The notes below the pieces were generated by a model. It had not been told where the DNA came from. It did no database searches and worked only from the letters and a program-made list of their open reading frames with translations. From IMG/VR virus record IMGVR_UViG_3300046168_000024: a stretch of 20,000 nt of DNA, one strand, 5' to 3'. The translations under genes were made by a program, and so were the position numbers. Positions within the stretch are counted from its first letter, which is position 1; the number at the start of each line of letters is the position of its first letter. The DNA is from an uncultured virus (IMG/VR IMGVR_UViG_3300046168_000024) (taxonomy: Duplodnaviria > Heunggongvirae > Uroviricota > Caudoviricetes). Below are positions 1 through 8,760 of this stretch, in pieces.

Positions 1-1
1 T

Positions 2-292
2 CTACTAGAAAAAGATTGTCTAGGTTTGAAAGAAGTTGCAGATTATAATAATATGCTAAGAAAAGGGTACAGTTTAAATGTGCAACATAAGTGGGCTATG
101 AGAGATTATTTAAATATTCCAATCAGTGTTCAACTCGGAATACCTTGGGACTGTTATACTCGTTTGATTGATTCTATTCCTATGCAATTTAGAAATGCAA
201 GATTAAATGAACAGATGTTGACAAAAGCGTCGAAACAGAAAGCAACGCTTGGAAAGTTATTACAAACAGGATTTAAACTAGGTAAACTTTAA
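2..292 (+). CDS. 5'-truncated hypothetical protein, last gene of a convergent transcription unit
   Basis: The frame is open from position 2 (LLEKDCLGLKEVAD...) to TAA at 290-292. It overlaps the 3' end of the minus-strand GT29-like gene by 15 nt. No recognisable motif. Confidence 0.65.
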   Translation, partial: LLEKDCLGLKEVADYNNMLRKGYSLNVQHKWAMRDYLNIPISVQLGIPWDCYTRLIDSIPMQFRNARLNEQMLTKASKQKATLGKLLQTGFKLGKL

Positions 293-928
293 TATCTCAT
301 TTTCAAGGTCTGACAAAATTTTCCACTCTATCAATCCCTGATTTTTCATATCAATTACAAGTTCTTTTTCTTTTTTGGAATGAATATTTACTTTTTGAGT
401 ATTGACTGGCATATGCCAACTCGAAGGATTATCTTCTCCTGTTTTGAAAGGCAACTTCTTAGAAAAGAAATCGAAACCTATCAAAGTTATACTTTTACAC
501 TCACACTTTAACAAGAAAAATAATATTGCCATAAATCCTTGTGATGGTCTCCATCCTACAGGTTTATTCGGCACAACTCCTAACTTATCATGAATATCTA
601 TTATTTCTTCATCAGAAAACATATCCGTATATTTAAAATCTTTAGGGAGTATAGTAGTCGAAGGTTTGTTCATATGAATACGACTACGATTAAAAAGAGT
701 AAGACAGTCAAAAAATTTTCTTGCATTTACACGAAGAAATCCTGTTACCCATATATCAGTTCTACTACCTAGACTACTTGTATAGTCATAAGGAGCTCCC
801 CTTCCAAAACGAACAACAGTATCAAAAGATTCTATATAATCTCCATACTCGTATTGTAGAATCTCTACTGAGTTTCCTACAAGTATTAGTGTTTTATTTT
901 TAGTAAGTTGTTGTAATGTTTTTTCCAT
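278..928 (-). CDS. GT29 (sialyltransferase-like) glycosyltransferase
   Basis: Sialylmotif L-like LILVGNS...YIESFDTVVRF...LGSRTD; motif S-like RPSQGFMAILFFLLKC..ITLIGFD; C-terminal SWH and H...E (motif III/VS-like). Confidence 0.75.
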   Translation of the reverse strand: MEKTLQQLTKNKTLILVGNSVEILQYEYGDYIESFDTVVRFGRGAPYDYTSSLGSRTDIWVTGFLRVNARKFFDCLTLFNRSRIHMNKPSTTILPKDFKYTDMFSDEEIIDIHDKLGVVPNKPVGWRPSQGFMAILFFLLKCECKSITLIGFDFFSKKLPFKTGEDNPSSWHMPVNTQKVNIHSKKEKELVIDMKNQGLIEWKILSDLENEILKFT

Positions 929-1554
929 TCGTTTGAGTAAAGTATATTATCATGTATGTCTTGCCACGGTCCACCATCTGTAAAGTGTATTGCTTTAGGA
1001 CTAGGAAAATTATAGTAATTTACCATAGCATTATATTCTGCTGGTAACTCACCAATTTCATCCGCCCACTCCATTTCGTGTAATTGTTTGCCAGTCCAAT
1101 AGTTAACTGACCTACTGGATAGTTGAAGACATTGTGCGTTATTAAAGTACATGAGAGATGACCAATACTTTTTTGGATATGACATATTTGCTTTGCCATT
1201 CATCTTCTCACTAGGTGTTGTTAGAAATTGAGGGTGTTTAACTACCCATACAGTTGGAGATTGAGAACTTTGTTTTACATAATCTTCGATTTCTTGTGGG
1301 TCACATCTCCACATAAAATCTCCATCACAAAAAAGACTGTGACCTGTCCAATCAGACAGTTTAGGAACGAGGAAACGAGTGAAAGCAAACTCTGTGCTCT
1401 CACCCTGGTACTTTCTTGAGTACATTCCTTCATCCTCTAATTTGCTTTTGATAAGAGGTATAATCTCGTGTTTTGTACTGAAGCTACGAATAGATTCAGC
1501 ACATACTTCAAATGCTTCAGGATATTCACTTTCATATCCTATGAAGATTTTCAC
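886..1554 (-). CDS. GT8-like nucleotide-diphospho-sugar transferase (CDI-like)
   Basis: MKIFIGY start, STEFAFTRFLVP, DxD motif (FCDGDF), YPKKYWSSLMYFN and IHFTDGGPW, all typical of the CDI-like GT-A family. Confidence 0.8.
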   Translation of the reverse strand: MKIFIGYESEYPEAFEVCAESIRSFSTKHEIIPLIKSKLEDEGMYSRKYQGESTEFAFTRFLVPKLSDWTGHSLFCDGDFMWRCDPQEIEDYVKQSSQSPTVWVVKHPQFLTTPSEKMNGKANMSYPKKYWSSLMYFNNAQCLQLSSRSVNYWTGKQLHEMEWADEIGELPAEYNAMVNYYNFPSPKAIHFTDGGPWQDIHDNILYSNEWKKHYNNLLKIKH

Positions 1555-1739
1555 GACTTTAGTCTTTCGCCTAAATCATTCACATATGCTTGACGAGCTG
1601 TTTTTAAAGCAGCTAGTGTGTTTTGAACTTCTGCTGATTTAACATCACAAAACTTTATCGCTTGTACTAATGCTTTTTGGTCGTCATCCATATCTTCTAC
1701 GAGATAGTCCTTATCATCAATTTTAATTGAATTATCCAT
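1551..1739 (-). CDS. small coiled-coil protein, DUF6447-like
   Basis: Pattern IKIDDKDY..EDMDDDQKALVQAIKFCD...LAALKTARQAYVNDL; coupled to both neighbours by start/stop overlap. Confidence 0.65.
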   Translation of the reverse strand: MDNSIKIDDKDYLVEDMDDDQKALVQAIKFCDVKSAEVQNTLAALKTARQAYVNDLGERLKS

Positions 1740-2698
1740 TATTTAAATACATCCTGCCAATTTCCTTGTGTACTAGCCTTTGCATACTCGGTAGCACGGT
1801 TTTCAAAAAAGTTGGTATGCTCAACTGCGTTGACTTGCATGTCAATCCAAGGCAATGGATTTTCTGTACTATGAAATATTTTCTTCATACCGATACCCAA
1901 TAACCTTCTGTCAGCAATATATCTAATATATTCCTTGACTTCTCTTGCTGTCAAATCTGGTATATCTGCTTTATCAAAACAAATATCAATAAAGTTATCT
2001 TCTAACTCTACTGTCTTTTCTGCAGCACAGTATATTTCGTATTTTAACTTATCAGTCCATAACTCAGGATTTTCCGCAATGAAAGTTCTAAATAGTTTTG
2101 ACAATCCTTCAACATGTAATGATTCATCACGAATACTCCATGTAACAATTTGTCCCATTCCTTTCATTAAGTTATGTCTAGGATAGTTTAGAAGGATAGC
2201 AAAGCTACTAAATAACTGTACTCCTTCTGTAAATGCACTATATACTGCCATAGTTTTTGCCATATCAAATGGAGTGTTCATACTGAAATCTTGTAGATAT
2301 TCATGTTTCTCCATCATGGCGTTAATATCAAAAAACTCTTGGTACATGTCATCTGACTTACCTAAAGTTTCTAATAATAAGGAGTATGCTTCTTGATGCA
2401 CTGCTTCCATAGCAGCATAGCTAACAAGCATCATTCTTACTTCTGGTTGCTTAAATGTAGGTAAGTAATGGTGGGCATAGCCTCCACATACATCTACATC
2501 AGCTTGTGTAAAGAACTTAAATATGTTATCTAACAATGTTCGTTCTCCATCACTTAACTTTAAATTATAATCTTTAATATCATCTTGTAGTGGTACTTCA
2601 TCTGGTAACCAATGCATTTGCTGTTGTTTTTTATAGTTTTCAAATGCCCACGGATATTGAAAAGGTTTATAATATTCTCTTTCTTTTAATAAACTCAT
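1739..2698 (-). CDS. nrdB: ribonucleotide reductase class Ia beta subunit
   Basis: Dimetal ligands and radical Tyr: FFTQAD, MEAVHQEAY, TEGVQLFSSF, DESLH; C-terminal NFFE.RATEY. Confidence 0.97.
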   Translation of the reverse strand: MSLLKEREYYKPFQYPWAFENYKKQQQMHWLPDEVPLQDDIKDYNLKLSDGERTLLDNIFKFFTQADVDVCGGYAHHYLPTFKQPEVRMMLVSYAAMEAVHQEAYSLLLETLGKSDDMYQEFFDINAMMEKHEYLQDFSMNTPFDMAKTMAVYSAFTEGVQLFSSFAILLNYPRHNLMKGMGQIVTWSIRDESLHVEGLSKLFRTFIAENPELWTDKLKYEIYCAAEKTVELEDNFIDICFDKADIPDLTAREVKEYIRYIADRRLLGIGMKKIFHSTENPLPWIDMQVNAVEHTNFFENRATEYAKASTQGNWQDVFK

Positions 2699-4474
2699 TT
2701 ATCCCTCACAACTTAGACAATCTTGGTTTTCAAAGATTATCTCCCTTTTAGCTTGGGAAGCAACATTATCAGCTCTACTGATAGCTTCACTCCTCAAGTA
2801 ATATAATGTTTTTAAATTTTTTGCCCATGCTAACATATGTATATTATGTAGCTCTCCTTTATTTATGTCAGGAGGAAAGAACAAATTAAGACTCTGAGAC
2901 TGACAAATAAATGGCTGTCTCTCAGAAGCATGTTCTATTAGCCAGGCTTGATTAATCTCAACTGCTGTTTTGAACACATCCTTTTCCCAATCATCTAGTA
3001 TATCTAAATGTTGAACACTACCTCTGTTTGCAACAATATCTTTCCAAGTTTGATTGTATATATCACTATGTCCTATTTTATTCATAAGAAGAGCGTCTAA
3101 GTATTTGTTTTTAACTAGATTACTTCCTGACTTAGTTTTCTGTGTATATGCATTTGCTCTAAATGGCTCAATACTTGGAGAAGTATTACCACATAAAATA
3201 CTAGAGCTAGCATTAGGTGCAATAGCTAATAAATGAGCATTTCGCACAGAAGCAGTATCATCATCTGGACATGCTCCTCTTTCTATTGCTAATTCTCTAG
3301 TTGTTTTATCTGCGTTTGATTTTATATAACCAAACATTTCTAAGTTTATTTGAGCTGCCATTGCACTCTCAAAAGGAATATTATTCTTTTGTAGAAATGC
3401 ATGGAAACCCATTGCGCCAAGCCCTATACTTCTCTCCCGGAAAGCACTAAACTTAGCTTTTTCTAACTGACTTGGTGCTGTATTGATAAATGATTCTAAC
3501 ACATTATCAAGCATACGAATCAAGTCAGGTATAAATGCAGGGTGGTTTTTCCACTTATCGTAGTACTCTAAATTTACACTAGAAAGACAACATACTGCTG
3601 TTCTTTCTTCGTCTGTTGCAAGTGTAATTTCACTACATAAGTTACTGTGATGTACTTGTAATCCTTTTCTTTTCTGAAAGTCGGGCAGATCATTTTGAAC
3701 TGCGTCTTCAAACATTAAGTAAGGCTCACCTGTTTCCATTCTATTTTGTAAGATTTTTACCCATAATGCTCTGGCACTTACAGTCTTAACCACTCGTTTG
3801 GTATGAGGGTCAATAAGAGGCCAACTATCATCGAAATTATCAAGTTTGGTAGCACTATGAATGAGTTCCATAAAATCATCTGGAACCACCACAGCATGAT
3901 GAAGATTGAGGCACTTACGATTAGTGTCGCCACCAGTAGGTTTACGAACATCTAAAAACTCCTCTATTTCGGGGTGTGACATATGTAGATATGAAGCATA
4001 ACTTCCCCGTCTAGTTACACCTTGGCTAAACGCCAGCATTTCTGCATCTACTACTCTCATAAAAGGTATTGCTCCAGTGGACTCTGAGCCTTTTGATGTT
4101 TTAGTCCCTGCTGAACGAACATCACTCCAAGTACCCCCGATACCACCACCAAAACTACTTAAGAAAGCATTTTCAGTAAAGTGGTCTGTTATACCCTCTC
4201 TACTATCATCAACATAATTAAGAAAACAACTTATTGGTAAGCCTCTTCTCGTACCACCATTAGACAATACGGGAGTTGCAAACATAAACCATAGATTACT
4301 TACATAATCATATAAACGCTGTGCATGGTCATCGTCATCTGCAAATGTTTCTGCAGCACGAGCAAATGCTTCCTGTGGTGAGTTCTCACCTGGAATCATG
4401 TATCTATCTTTTAGAGTTGCCATTGCAAAATCGTCTAAAAGTTCATCTTTACTATAATCTATCTTCACTGACAT
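2699..4474 (-). CDS. nrdA: ribonucleotide reductase class Ia alpha subunit, no ATP-cone
   Basis: ATPVLSN, PISCF, active-site NLCSEI, VCCLSS, IAPNASS, KTLYY and C-terminal CLSCEG. Confidence 0.97.
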   Translation of the reverse strand: MSVKIDYSKDELLDDFAMATLKDRYMIPGENSPQEAFARAAETFADDDDHAQRLYDYVSNLWFMFATPVLSNGGTRRGLPISCFLNYVDDSREGITDHFTENAFLSSFGGGIGGTWSDVRSAGTKTSKGSESTGAIPFMRVVDAEMLAFSQGVTRRGSYASYLHMSHPEIEEFLDVRKPTGGDTNRKCLNLHHAVVVPDDFMELIHSATKLDNFDDSWPLIDPHTKRVVKTVSARALWVKILQNRMETGEPYLMFEDAVQNDLPDFQKRKGLQVHHSNLCSEITLATDEERTAVCCLSSVNLEYYDKWKNHPAFIPDLIRMLDNVLESFINTAPSQLEKAKFSAFRERSIGLGAMGFHAFLQKNNIPFESAMAAQINLEMFGYIKSNADKTTRELAIERGACPDDDTASVRNAHLLAIAPNASSSILCGNTSPSIEPFRANAYTQKTKSGSNLVKNKYLDALLMNKIGHSDIYNQTWKDIVANRGSVQHLDILDDWEKDVFKTAVEINQAWLIEHASERQPFICQSQSLNLFFPPDINKGELHNIHMLAWAKNLKTLYYLRSEAISRADNVASQAKREIIFENQDCLSCEG

Positions 4475-5309
4475 AATTTTCTACCAATTTTATTATTTCT
4501 TGTCCATGCCCTAGTAATGCGGCATCAACATCATATGTTAAATCCATAAGTTTGACTCCAGTTTCAAGTCCTTCACTTCCAAACTCGTTTAAGTTCTGAA
4601 TGAATTTGTACTTTCCTTCTATCGGCAAACTCGCCATAATATCAAAAACATCTCCATATTGTTCTATTAATTGAGTAGCACGCTTTGGTCCGACTCCATC
4701 AACTCCTGGAACGTTATCTCCTTTGTCTCCTGTTAAGCACTTATAAGTAAGAAAGTACTCAGGGTCAAATTGATAATGTTCATCCCAATTATGGACTGTT
4801 GTTTCTTTTCTAGTTACTGTCGAAAAACGACTTATTTTAGGGTCAACTAGTAAATCCCAATCTTTGTCTGAAGATATCATCCATATTTCATCAATACCAA
4901 GATTCTCTCTTTGTTGACAAATATGAGCTGCTATATCATCAGCTTCTACTCCCTGATATTTGAGAGTAAGATACCCCTTCTCTTTTAGAGTATTCATTGT
5001 TAGTTGAAACTCCGCAAGAAAATCTAAAAACTCTTGTTCTTCTTCGGGGGTTTGTTCTGCATATCGTTCCTTACGATTTGCTTTGTACTGTGGGTCAATA
5101 GACTTTCGATAGTTACTACCACCATCTCCAAGTACTACTATTTCTCCACAGTTATAGGACTTTGCAAGGGATTGAACTGTACGAACATAATCATGTTCAA
5201 AATCCAAATTACCTTGATGTTTCCATCGAAAAGCTAAGTTGAGTCCATCAACTATTAATAAGTTCCCATTCGGGATCGGCTTTCCATGGCTCGTAAATTT
5301 TATCGCCAT
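4452..5309 (-). CDS. flap endonuclease / 5'-3' exonuclease (T5 D15-like)
   Basis: NLLIVDGLNLAFR, YKANR, GVEADD, SSDKDW and H3TH GDKGDNVPGVDGVGPKRA. Confidence 0.95.
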   Translation of the reverse strand: MAIKFTSHGKPIPNGNLLIVDGLNLAFRWKHQGNLDFEHDYVRTVQSLAKSYNCGEIVVLGDGGSNYRKSIDPQYKANRKERYAEQTPEEEQEFLDFLAEFQLTMNTLKEKGYLTLKYQGVEADDIAAHICQQRENLGIDEIWMISSDKDWDLLVDPKISRFSTVTRKETTVHNWDEHYQFDPEYFLTYKCLTGDKGDNVPGVDGVGPKRATQLIEQYGDVFDIMASLPIEGKYKFIQNLNEFGSEGLETGVKLMDLTYDVDAALLGHGQEIIKLVENYVSEDRL

Positions 5310-5736
5310 TTGTAAATTTTATTTCCTCTGTTTCTAAATATTTTTCAGCTAAAGTGACATAGCACCCTAACCAGTTTATGTACATATGTTTTTTGTAAAG
5401 TGGCTTTCTTGTCGTTGCCACATACCATTGAGAGTGATTTTCTTTGAATATAAGCAAAGGTTCTTGTTTCATTTCCTGTGCTTGTTTACAAAGTTTTGAC
5501 CACCACCCAACAAATTGATTACTCTTTTGAGTAAATATTTTGTGATTGAAAGCCATATCACGATAGAACTTAACTTCTATTGTAAATATGTTATGCTTAT
5601 GTGGTATATAAAGGTCTCCTTTTATTTTACCACTACCACTTCCTGGAGTCTGTGTGAAAGTCAGACCAGTATGTCTATGTAACATGGCAGCGACTTTTAA
5701 CTCTGCGTCATGTCCTTTCCTTCTAGAATTAACCAA
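5248..5736 (-). CDS. PD-(D/E)XK Holliday junction resolvase-like nuclease (T5 D14-like)
   Basis: SRRKG..AE, TPGSGSG.IKGD, IEVK; lies directly upstream of the D15-like gene as in T5. Confidence 0.85.
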   Translation of the reverse strand: MVNSRRKGHDAELKVAAMLHRHTGLTFTQTPGSGSGKIKGDLYIPHKHNIFTIEVKFYRDMAFNHKIFTQKSNQFVGWWSKLCKQAQEMKQEPLLIFKENHSQWYVATTRKPLYKKHMYINWLGCYVTLAEKYLETEEIKFTNGDKIYEPWKADPEWELINS

Positions 5737-5950
5737 TCATCTTCTCCAGCTCTACATAACCTCCAATCTTCTCTCCATCCACAATAATCTGTGGAAATGT
5801 TCGAGCTGTCGGGAATAGTGTTTTTACATCTGTTGCTTGAAACTCTTCTCCCATCATGTTATAAATTACTTCGTGTCCTTTGTTCGTTGCTAAGTTCTTA
5901 GCTTTGACACAGTAAGGACAGTTTGGTATACTATATATTTCTACTATCAT
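5729..5950 (-). CDS. dithiol glutaredoxin
   Basis: CPYC active site, RTFPQI and IGGY. Confidence 0.95.
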   Translation of the reverse strand: MIVEIYSIPNCPYCVKAKNLATNKGHEVIYNMMGEEFQATDVKTLFPTARTFPQIIVDGEKIGGYVELEKMIG

Positions 5951-6381
5951 TTCATTGTCTCCTCAATGAATTTTCCTATTGTGTTAATCTCTTGTTCTGA
6001 AAGCATACCTGCTTGAGCCCACATTGTAGAACTCATACTTCCGACTTCTCCTCTATTTTTATATGTATTGAGTCGGTCGATTATATACTCGGAACTTTGG
6101 CCTGCCAGTTTAGGAAATACTGCCATGCCTTGACCTTCGTTACCGTGACAAGCTGCACAACCTGCCCATAAACTTCTAATAGAACTAAATTCATCTGCAC
6201 TTGCAAGTTCTTTTTTCTTCTGTTCTATCTGTGCTGGTGTACCATGAATCTTTACATATTCTGCATAACACTCGCCTGTGCAAGAGTGTGCTCCTGAGTA
6301 TCCTTTATACTCTAGATTGTTATATGCTAAAGCTATGGTACATACCATAAATGTTACTATTGATAATACGTAAAACTTCAT
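5947..6381 (-). CDS. exported monoheme class I cytochrome c (c553/c4-like)
   Basis: Hydrophobic N-terminal signal/anchor, CAACH heme motif, FPKLAGQSSEYI, distal Met candidates (SMSSTMW) and C-terminal LSEQEI helix. Confidence 0.9.
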   Translation of the reverse strand: MKFYVLSIVTFMVCTIALAYNNLEYKGYSGAHSCTGECYAEYVKIHGTPAQIEQKKKELASADEFSSIRSLWAGCAACHGNEGQGMAVFPKLAGQSSEYIIDRLNTYKNRGEVGSMSSTMWAQAGMLSEQEINTIGKFIEETMK

Positions 6382-6770
6382 GCTTCTTTATCTATATCCC
6401 ATCTTACCATGTTTGGTTTTGTTCTTCTTTGCCAAAACTTCCATGACTTTTGTTCTTTTCTCCACTGTAGTAACCAGGGAGCATGGTCTCTTTCTGCATC
6501 TGCAAACACTGCGTTTGTGAATGCAAGAGGTAGTAATATACATATGTGGACAATTATACTTGTTACTGTGCTATACCCTAGCCAACCCATATAGTAGGTT
6601 GCTACAAATCCAAAGTATACACTCCACATTGTAAATAATACTAACATAAAATAAGTCTGTAGACTTGGGTCGGGAATATATTTTAGTGGATTGTATCTAG
6701 CATCCATAATCACTCTCCAACTATCAACTACAAACATTATTAATCTTCTATGTATTGGTGGTTGTTTCAT
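6378..6770 (-). CDS. two-helix membrane protein of unknown function
   Basis: SWRVIMDARYNPLKYIPD followed by two hydrophobic segments, the second containing a His; ATGA overlaps on both sides. Confidence 0.8.
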   Translation of the reverse strand: MKQPPIHRRLIMFVVDSWRVIMDARYNPLKYIPDPSLQTYFMLVLFTMWSVYFGFVATYYMGWLGYSTVTSIIVHICILLPLAFTNAVFADAERDHAPWLLQWRKEQKSWKFWQRRTKPNMVRWDIDKEA

Positions 6771-6958
6771 ACTGCTTTTCCTATTAAGTAAAATGCCATC
6801 AGCATAGAGCCGAATACAAGTAACTGCACAATAGCCATAAAAGCTACTAACGGTATCTGTATCTCAGCCCACCAGTTAAGTTCTTTCTCTTCCCACTCCT
6901 TAAATTCTTCAGGTGTGGCGTCTCTAGGTTTGAAGTTTAAATTTAACTGCTGAGGCAC
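6767..6958 (-). CDS. small membrane protein
   Basis: Charged N-terminus and long C-terminal hydrophobic stretch; fills the gap between sbcC and the next gene. Confidence 0.7.
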   Translation of the reverse strand: MPQQLNLNFKPRDATPEEFKEWEEKELNWWAEIQIPLVAFMAIVQLLVFGSMLMAFYLIGKAV

Positions 6959-8760
6959 GATATATTATCTTCTTTAATTATCTCTATCTTTTCAAGCAAT
7001 GGATGAGTCCAACCGTGAGAAACTAAATATGTATTTAGGTTTTCTTCTTTCAGTAGGACTTCCACTACTTTTTCTTTTCCTTGTTCATCTAATGCTTGAT
7101 TAACTTCATCAAGAAAAAGAACATTGATTTGACTTCTACTAATCGAAGTCATTAACTTTCTAATTGCGACTAGCGTTGCAATATTTACTCTTGCTAGCTC
7201 ACCTGAAGAAAGTGCTAGAATATCAATAATGTTTCCATTATCAGATACTTCTACATTTAATTTGTCGTTCTCTACAACAAAATTTATACTGAATCTACCA
7301 TCACTGAACTCTGCGAGATACTCATTAGTAAGTATTTCTAGTTCTTTGACAAGTGATTCTATTTTGTATGCAAGGAGACCGTTTGTGCTAAACGCCTTTT
7401 TAAGTATTTCAAGAACCGCAAGTTTGTTTTCTGAACTCTCAAGTCTAAGCTCGTGTGCGTCAAGTTGTTCTTGAAACTGCTGAGTTTGCTCTTGTATAAT
7501 TCCAATTCTTGTGTTGTGTCGTTCTCTTCTCTCATTCTCATCTACTACCGTCTGAATAGAGTCCCTAATAGCGGCAATCCTCTCGCGAAGCGTTTTAATC
7601 TTATTCCCCAACTCTTCTCCGTTGATAACTTGTGTAGGGAGTTTGTTGTCGATACTCCTGTAGAGATTTTCCCAATCTTCGATGTTTTTGGTTGCTGTCC
7701 TATGTATCTCATTATGTTCTTCTGCCTCTTTTAATTTTTCTCTATCTTTCTCTGCGAATTTTTCACATTGTTCCATTCTTTCTGTGTGTTCTTTTATTGA
7801 CATATTTACAAAGGTTTGGTTAATGTCTTGACCACAAGTAACACACTCTGCGTTTTCCATACCCGCTAGGGCTTGGTATTTTTCTAACATCTTTTCCTCA
7901 TGTATACCTTCTGACTTCCATGCTCCTAAACGAGTTAGGTGAGGAGCTGTATCTATGAGTTCTGTATGCTTTGCTAATAATCTTTTATTTTCGTGAAGGT
8001 CAATTGTTTTTAACTGTTCCTTCAGATTATTATTAGTATTTATATTTTTGTTCTTTTCCGAGATATTTTCAAACTCTATTTGTAAAGAACTTAAAGACTT
8101 TTCGTCTTCTTCTGACTGAAATGGTAAATCCATTTTTGTAAGTAGTGTCGTATCTTCCAAAAAATTATCTTCCAACCATTTCTCAATAGTTGAGATTTTG
8201 GCGTTGGTTACTGTAATATTACTTGAAGCTACTCGTACTGCCTCCTTGAAACTCTCAAAGTACGACACATATTCGTCTAGTTTTAAGAGGTCAATTAGGA
8301 ACTTTTTCCTGTTTGTATCTGTGGCAGTAAGAAACTGTAAAGATGCATTTGTATTCTGATATACTAACTGTGAGAAAGTCTTGAAGTCAATTCCAAGTAT
8401 TTCTCCCAAACTCTTATATGTATTAGAAGCAGTATGTGAACTTATATCCTCTCCATTCTTCGTTAGCTTACATTTAAGTGTAGACCTACGACTAACAGAA
8501 ATGCAATAAGAATCACTGTCAACACTAAACTCAAGAGATATATCGTATCCTTGATTAACATATCTATTAGCGATGTCTGCTTTTTTAACATTTTTACTAT
8601 TCTTATTAAATAAAACTTCTTCTAATACTAAAGGTATAGAAGATTTACCTACTCCGTTTGTTCCAACTAATTGTGTAAGTGTAGACTCGGATAAGTCTAT
8701 TTCGTTTCCTGTTCCATAAGAGAAACAGTTATCCCACTTCAGTTTTTGCAGAATAATCAT
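6943..8760 (-). CDS. SbcC/Rad50-like recombination ATPase (T5 D13-like)
   Basis: Walker A GTNGVGKS, coiled coil with CVTC zinc hook, LSSGE signature, Walker B LFLDE and VSH. Confidence 0.95.
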   Translation of the reverse strand: MIILQKLKWDNCFSYGTGNEIDLSESTLTQLVGTNGVGKSSIPLVLEEVLFNKNSKNVKKADIANRYVNQGYDISLEFSVDSDSYCISVSRRSTLKCKLTKNGEDISSHTASNTYKSLGEILGIDFKTFSQLVYQNTNASLQFLTATDTNRKKFLIDLLKLDEYVSYFESFKEAVRVASSNITVTNAKISTIEKWLEDNFLEDTTLLTKMDLPFQSEEDEKSLSSLQIEFENISEKNKNINTNNNLKEQLKTIDLHENKRLLAKHTELIDTAPHLTRLGAWKSEGIHEEKMLEKYQALAGMENAECVTCGQDINQTFVNMSIKEHTERMEQCEKFAEKDREKLKEAEEHNEIHRTATKNIEDWENLYRSIDNKLPTQVINGEELGNKIKTLRERIAAIRDSIQTVVDENERRERHNTRIGIIQEQTQQFQEQLDAHELRLESSENKLAVLEILKKAFSTNGLLAYKIESLVKELEILTNEYLAEFSDGRFSINFVVENDKLNVEVSDNGNIIDILALSSGELARVNIATLVAIRKLMTSISRSQINVLFLDEVNQALDEQGKEKVVEVLLKEENLNTYLVSHGWTHPLLEKIEIIKEDNISCLSS

